A stretch of DNA of 8,160 bases from a virus (taxonomy: Duplodnaviria; Heunggongvirae; Uroviricota; Caudoviricetes). The stretch is taken from the IMG/VR virus record IMGVR_UViG_2671180778_000006. One strand, 5' to 3'. Positions 7,222 through 8,160 of this stretch are shown here, piece after piece. The notes below the pieces were generated by a model that saw only the letters and a list, made by a program, of their open reading frames with translations, was not told where the DNA came from and did no database searches. Position numbers and translations under genes: made by a program. Within the stretch, counting starts at the first letter, position 1. Every line of letters starts with the position of its first letter.

Positions 7222-7563
7222 ATGGCTACTCATTACACTGAACTCATGGCTGGCACTGAAGCACTGGTGACTACGCTGGGGATATTTTCAGCTAATAAAG
7301 GGGTAATTCCTGCATTTACGCCACTGATGCAGGAAGATGCAACAGGTGCACTGGTGGTATGGGATGGTTCGAGCGTAGGTAAAGCGGTTTATGTTTCCGC
7401 TGTACAAATCGACACCGCGAAAAAAACACAGGCTCAGGTCTATAAGACAGGTGTCTTAAATGTTGATGCTCTGAACTGGCCTGAGTCTGTAAAAGAACTG
7501 TCAGTAAAGATTGCAGCGTTTGTTGGCTCAGGTATTTCTGTTCAGCCGCTGGCTCGTGTGTAA
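7222..7563 (+). CDS. Head decoration protein, phage lambda gpD-like
   Basis: 113 aa. AFTPLMQEDATGALVVWDGS ... VYKTGVLNVDALNWPE ... AAFVGSGISV aligns with recalled lambda gpD ([20 protein letters not shown] ... FYKSGTFRYEDVLWPE ... TAFAGTAISIV). GGGGGAG Shine-Dalgarno upstream. Confidence 0.8.
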   Translation: MATHYTELMAGTEALVTTLGIFSANKGVIPAFTPLMQEDATGALVVWDGSSVGKAVYVSAVQIDTAKKTQAQVYKTGVLNVDALNWPESVKELSVKIAAFVGSGISVQPLARV

Positions 7564-7574
7564 AGGGGGATACA

Positions 7575-7958
7575 ATGCAAAATGATTACAATGACCTTAA
7601 GCCAATTGCCGAAATGATGTACCCGAATCCAGCTGTAGAGGAATTAAAAGCTATCGCTGACAAAATGTGTTTAAGCGAGCGCCTTGTTGATATGAATCAG
7701 GTGATGGAAATTACAACCCTGAGTCGGCGTACACTGCTAAACCTTGAGGCTAGTGGAGAGTTCCCGGAGCGTGTGCAGGTTACGGAAGGGCGTAAGGCCT
7801 GGTATTTAAGTGAAGTGATCGACTGGATAAATAATATTCCTCGCGCTTCTGAATATTGCCGCGTACCTGTCCCAAAAAAGCCAGATGCGGCGCTATGCCT
7901 CAAGATTGAGCGTGTACGCCGCAATGCACGGGATGGTCGCTATAAGCTGATTGGTTGA
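7575..7958 (+). CDS. AlpA-like HTH domain protein (127 aa); regulator or candidate packaging-specificity factor
   Basis: Residues about 40-95 (MNQVMEITTLSRRTLLNLEASGEFPERVQVTEGRKAWYLSEVIDWI) fit the AlpA-type HTH pattern, with extra N- and C-terminal extensions. AGGGGG Shine-Dalgarno upstream. Sits immediately 5' of the cos site. Confidence 0.6.
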   Translation: MQNDYNDLKPIAEMMYPNPAVEELKAIADKMCLSERLVDMNQVMEITTLSRRTLLNLEASGEFPERVQVTEGRKAWYLSEVIDWINNIPRASEYCRVPVPKKPDAALCLKIERVRRNARDGRYKLIG

Positions 7959-7965
7959 TGAAATT

Positions 7966-8160
7966 AGGGCCCGCTCTGGCTGGCGGGTCCTTTCCGGCGA
8001 TCTGACAGGCTACGGGGCGTCAGGCGCGCGGATTTTCGCTATTTATGAAAATTTTCCGGTTTAAGGCGTTTCCGTTCTTCTTCGTCGTAACTTAATGTTT
8101 TTATTTAAAATACCCCCTGAAAAGAAAGGAAACGACAGGTGCTGAAAGCGAGCTTTTTGG
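7966..8160 (+). other. Lambda-type cos site (cosQ-side flank, cosN at about 8015-8026, cosB R3/I1/R2 region) running off the window end
   Basis: 8027-8160 is nearly identical to my recollection of the lambda left end (CGCGGGTTTTCGCTATTTATGAAAATTTTCCGGTTTAAGGCGTTTCCGTTCTTCTTCGTCATAACTTAATG...GAAAGGAAACGACAGGTGCTGAAAGCGAG). 7971-8014 resembles the lambda right end (...GGGTCCTTTCCGGTGATCCGACAGGTTACG). The 12 nt at the cosN position read GGGCGTCAGGCG against lambda GGGCGGCGACCT. Confidence 0.8.

Larger units (their letters stand above)
1..8160 (+). mobile_element. Segment of a cos-type phage satellite / PICI-like island (boundaries outside the window)
   Basis: Gene content and order: AlpA-family regulator, variable AT-rich cargo operon, primase-helicase followed by an iteron origin, a few capsid genes without a full morphogenesis module, and a lambda-like cos site. 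Most genes are on the + strand with coupled start/stop overlaps. No int or att seen. Confidence 0.6.

Noticed and set aside
7697-7924. Minus-strand 75-aa ORF
   Set aside because: Antisense to the AlpA-like HTH gene.
7966-7995. Short GC hairpin (GCCCGC / GCGGGT) after the HTH gene as a terminator
   Set aside because: The stem is short with a wobble pair, and the region corresponds to the conserved cos flank, so sequence conservation is better explained by packaging function.
1-8160. CRISPR array, tRNA or rRNA genes, integrase or att site
   Set aside because: No spaced direct-repeat array, no tRNA-like cloverleaf and no tyrosine-recombinase-sized ORF were found by eye. The island ends and integration site are outside the window.

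Overview
This window reads as the interior of a cos-packaged phage satellite (a PICI-like chromosomal island) from an enterobacterium; everything below is by-eye reading of the sequence and ORF track, with no searches run. Left to right: an AlpA-family regulator (132-344); a strongly AT-rich, leftward two-gene operon (ribbon-helix-helix protein 1769-1963 and a 449-aa protein of no family I recognise, 396-1745) with a perfect 12-bp inverted repeat at its 5' end; a rightward operon of four small overlapping ORFs ending in a P4/D5-type primase-helicase (3211-4962); an iteron-type origin (4976-5207); an 85-aa ORF coupled to a short SSB-like gene ending in DDIPF; homologues of phage lambda major capsid protein E (6172-7212) and decoration protein D (7222-7563); an AlpA-like HTH protein (7575-7958); and a lambda-type cos site at the right edge. 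The most interesting element is the AT-rich RHH + 449-aa operon, which sits where satellites typically carry anti-phage cargo. Its function is a hypothesis only. No integrase, att site, tRNA, rRNA or CRISPR array is visible, so the island boundaries lie outside the window.
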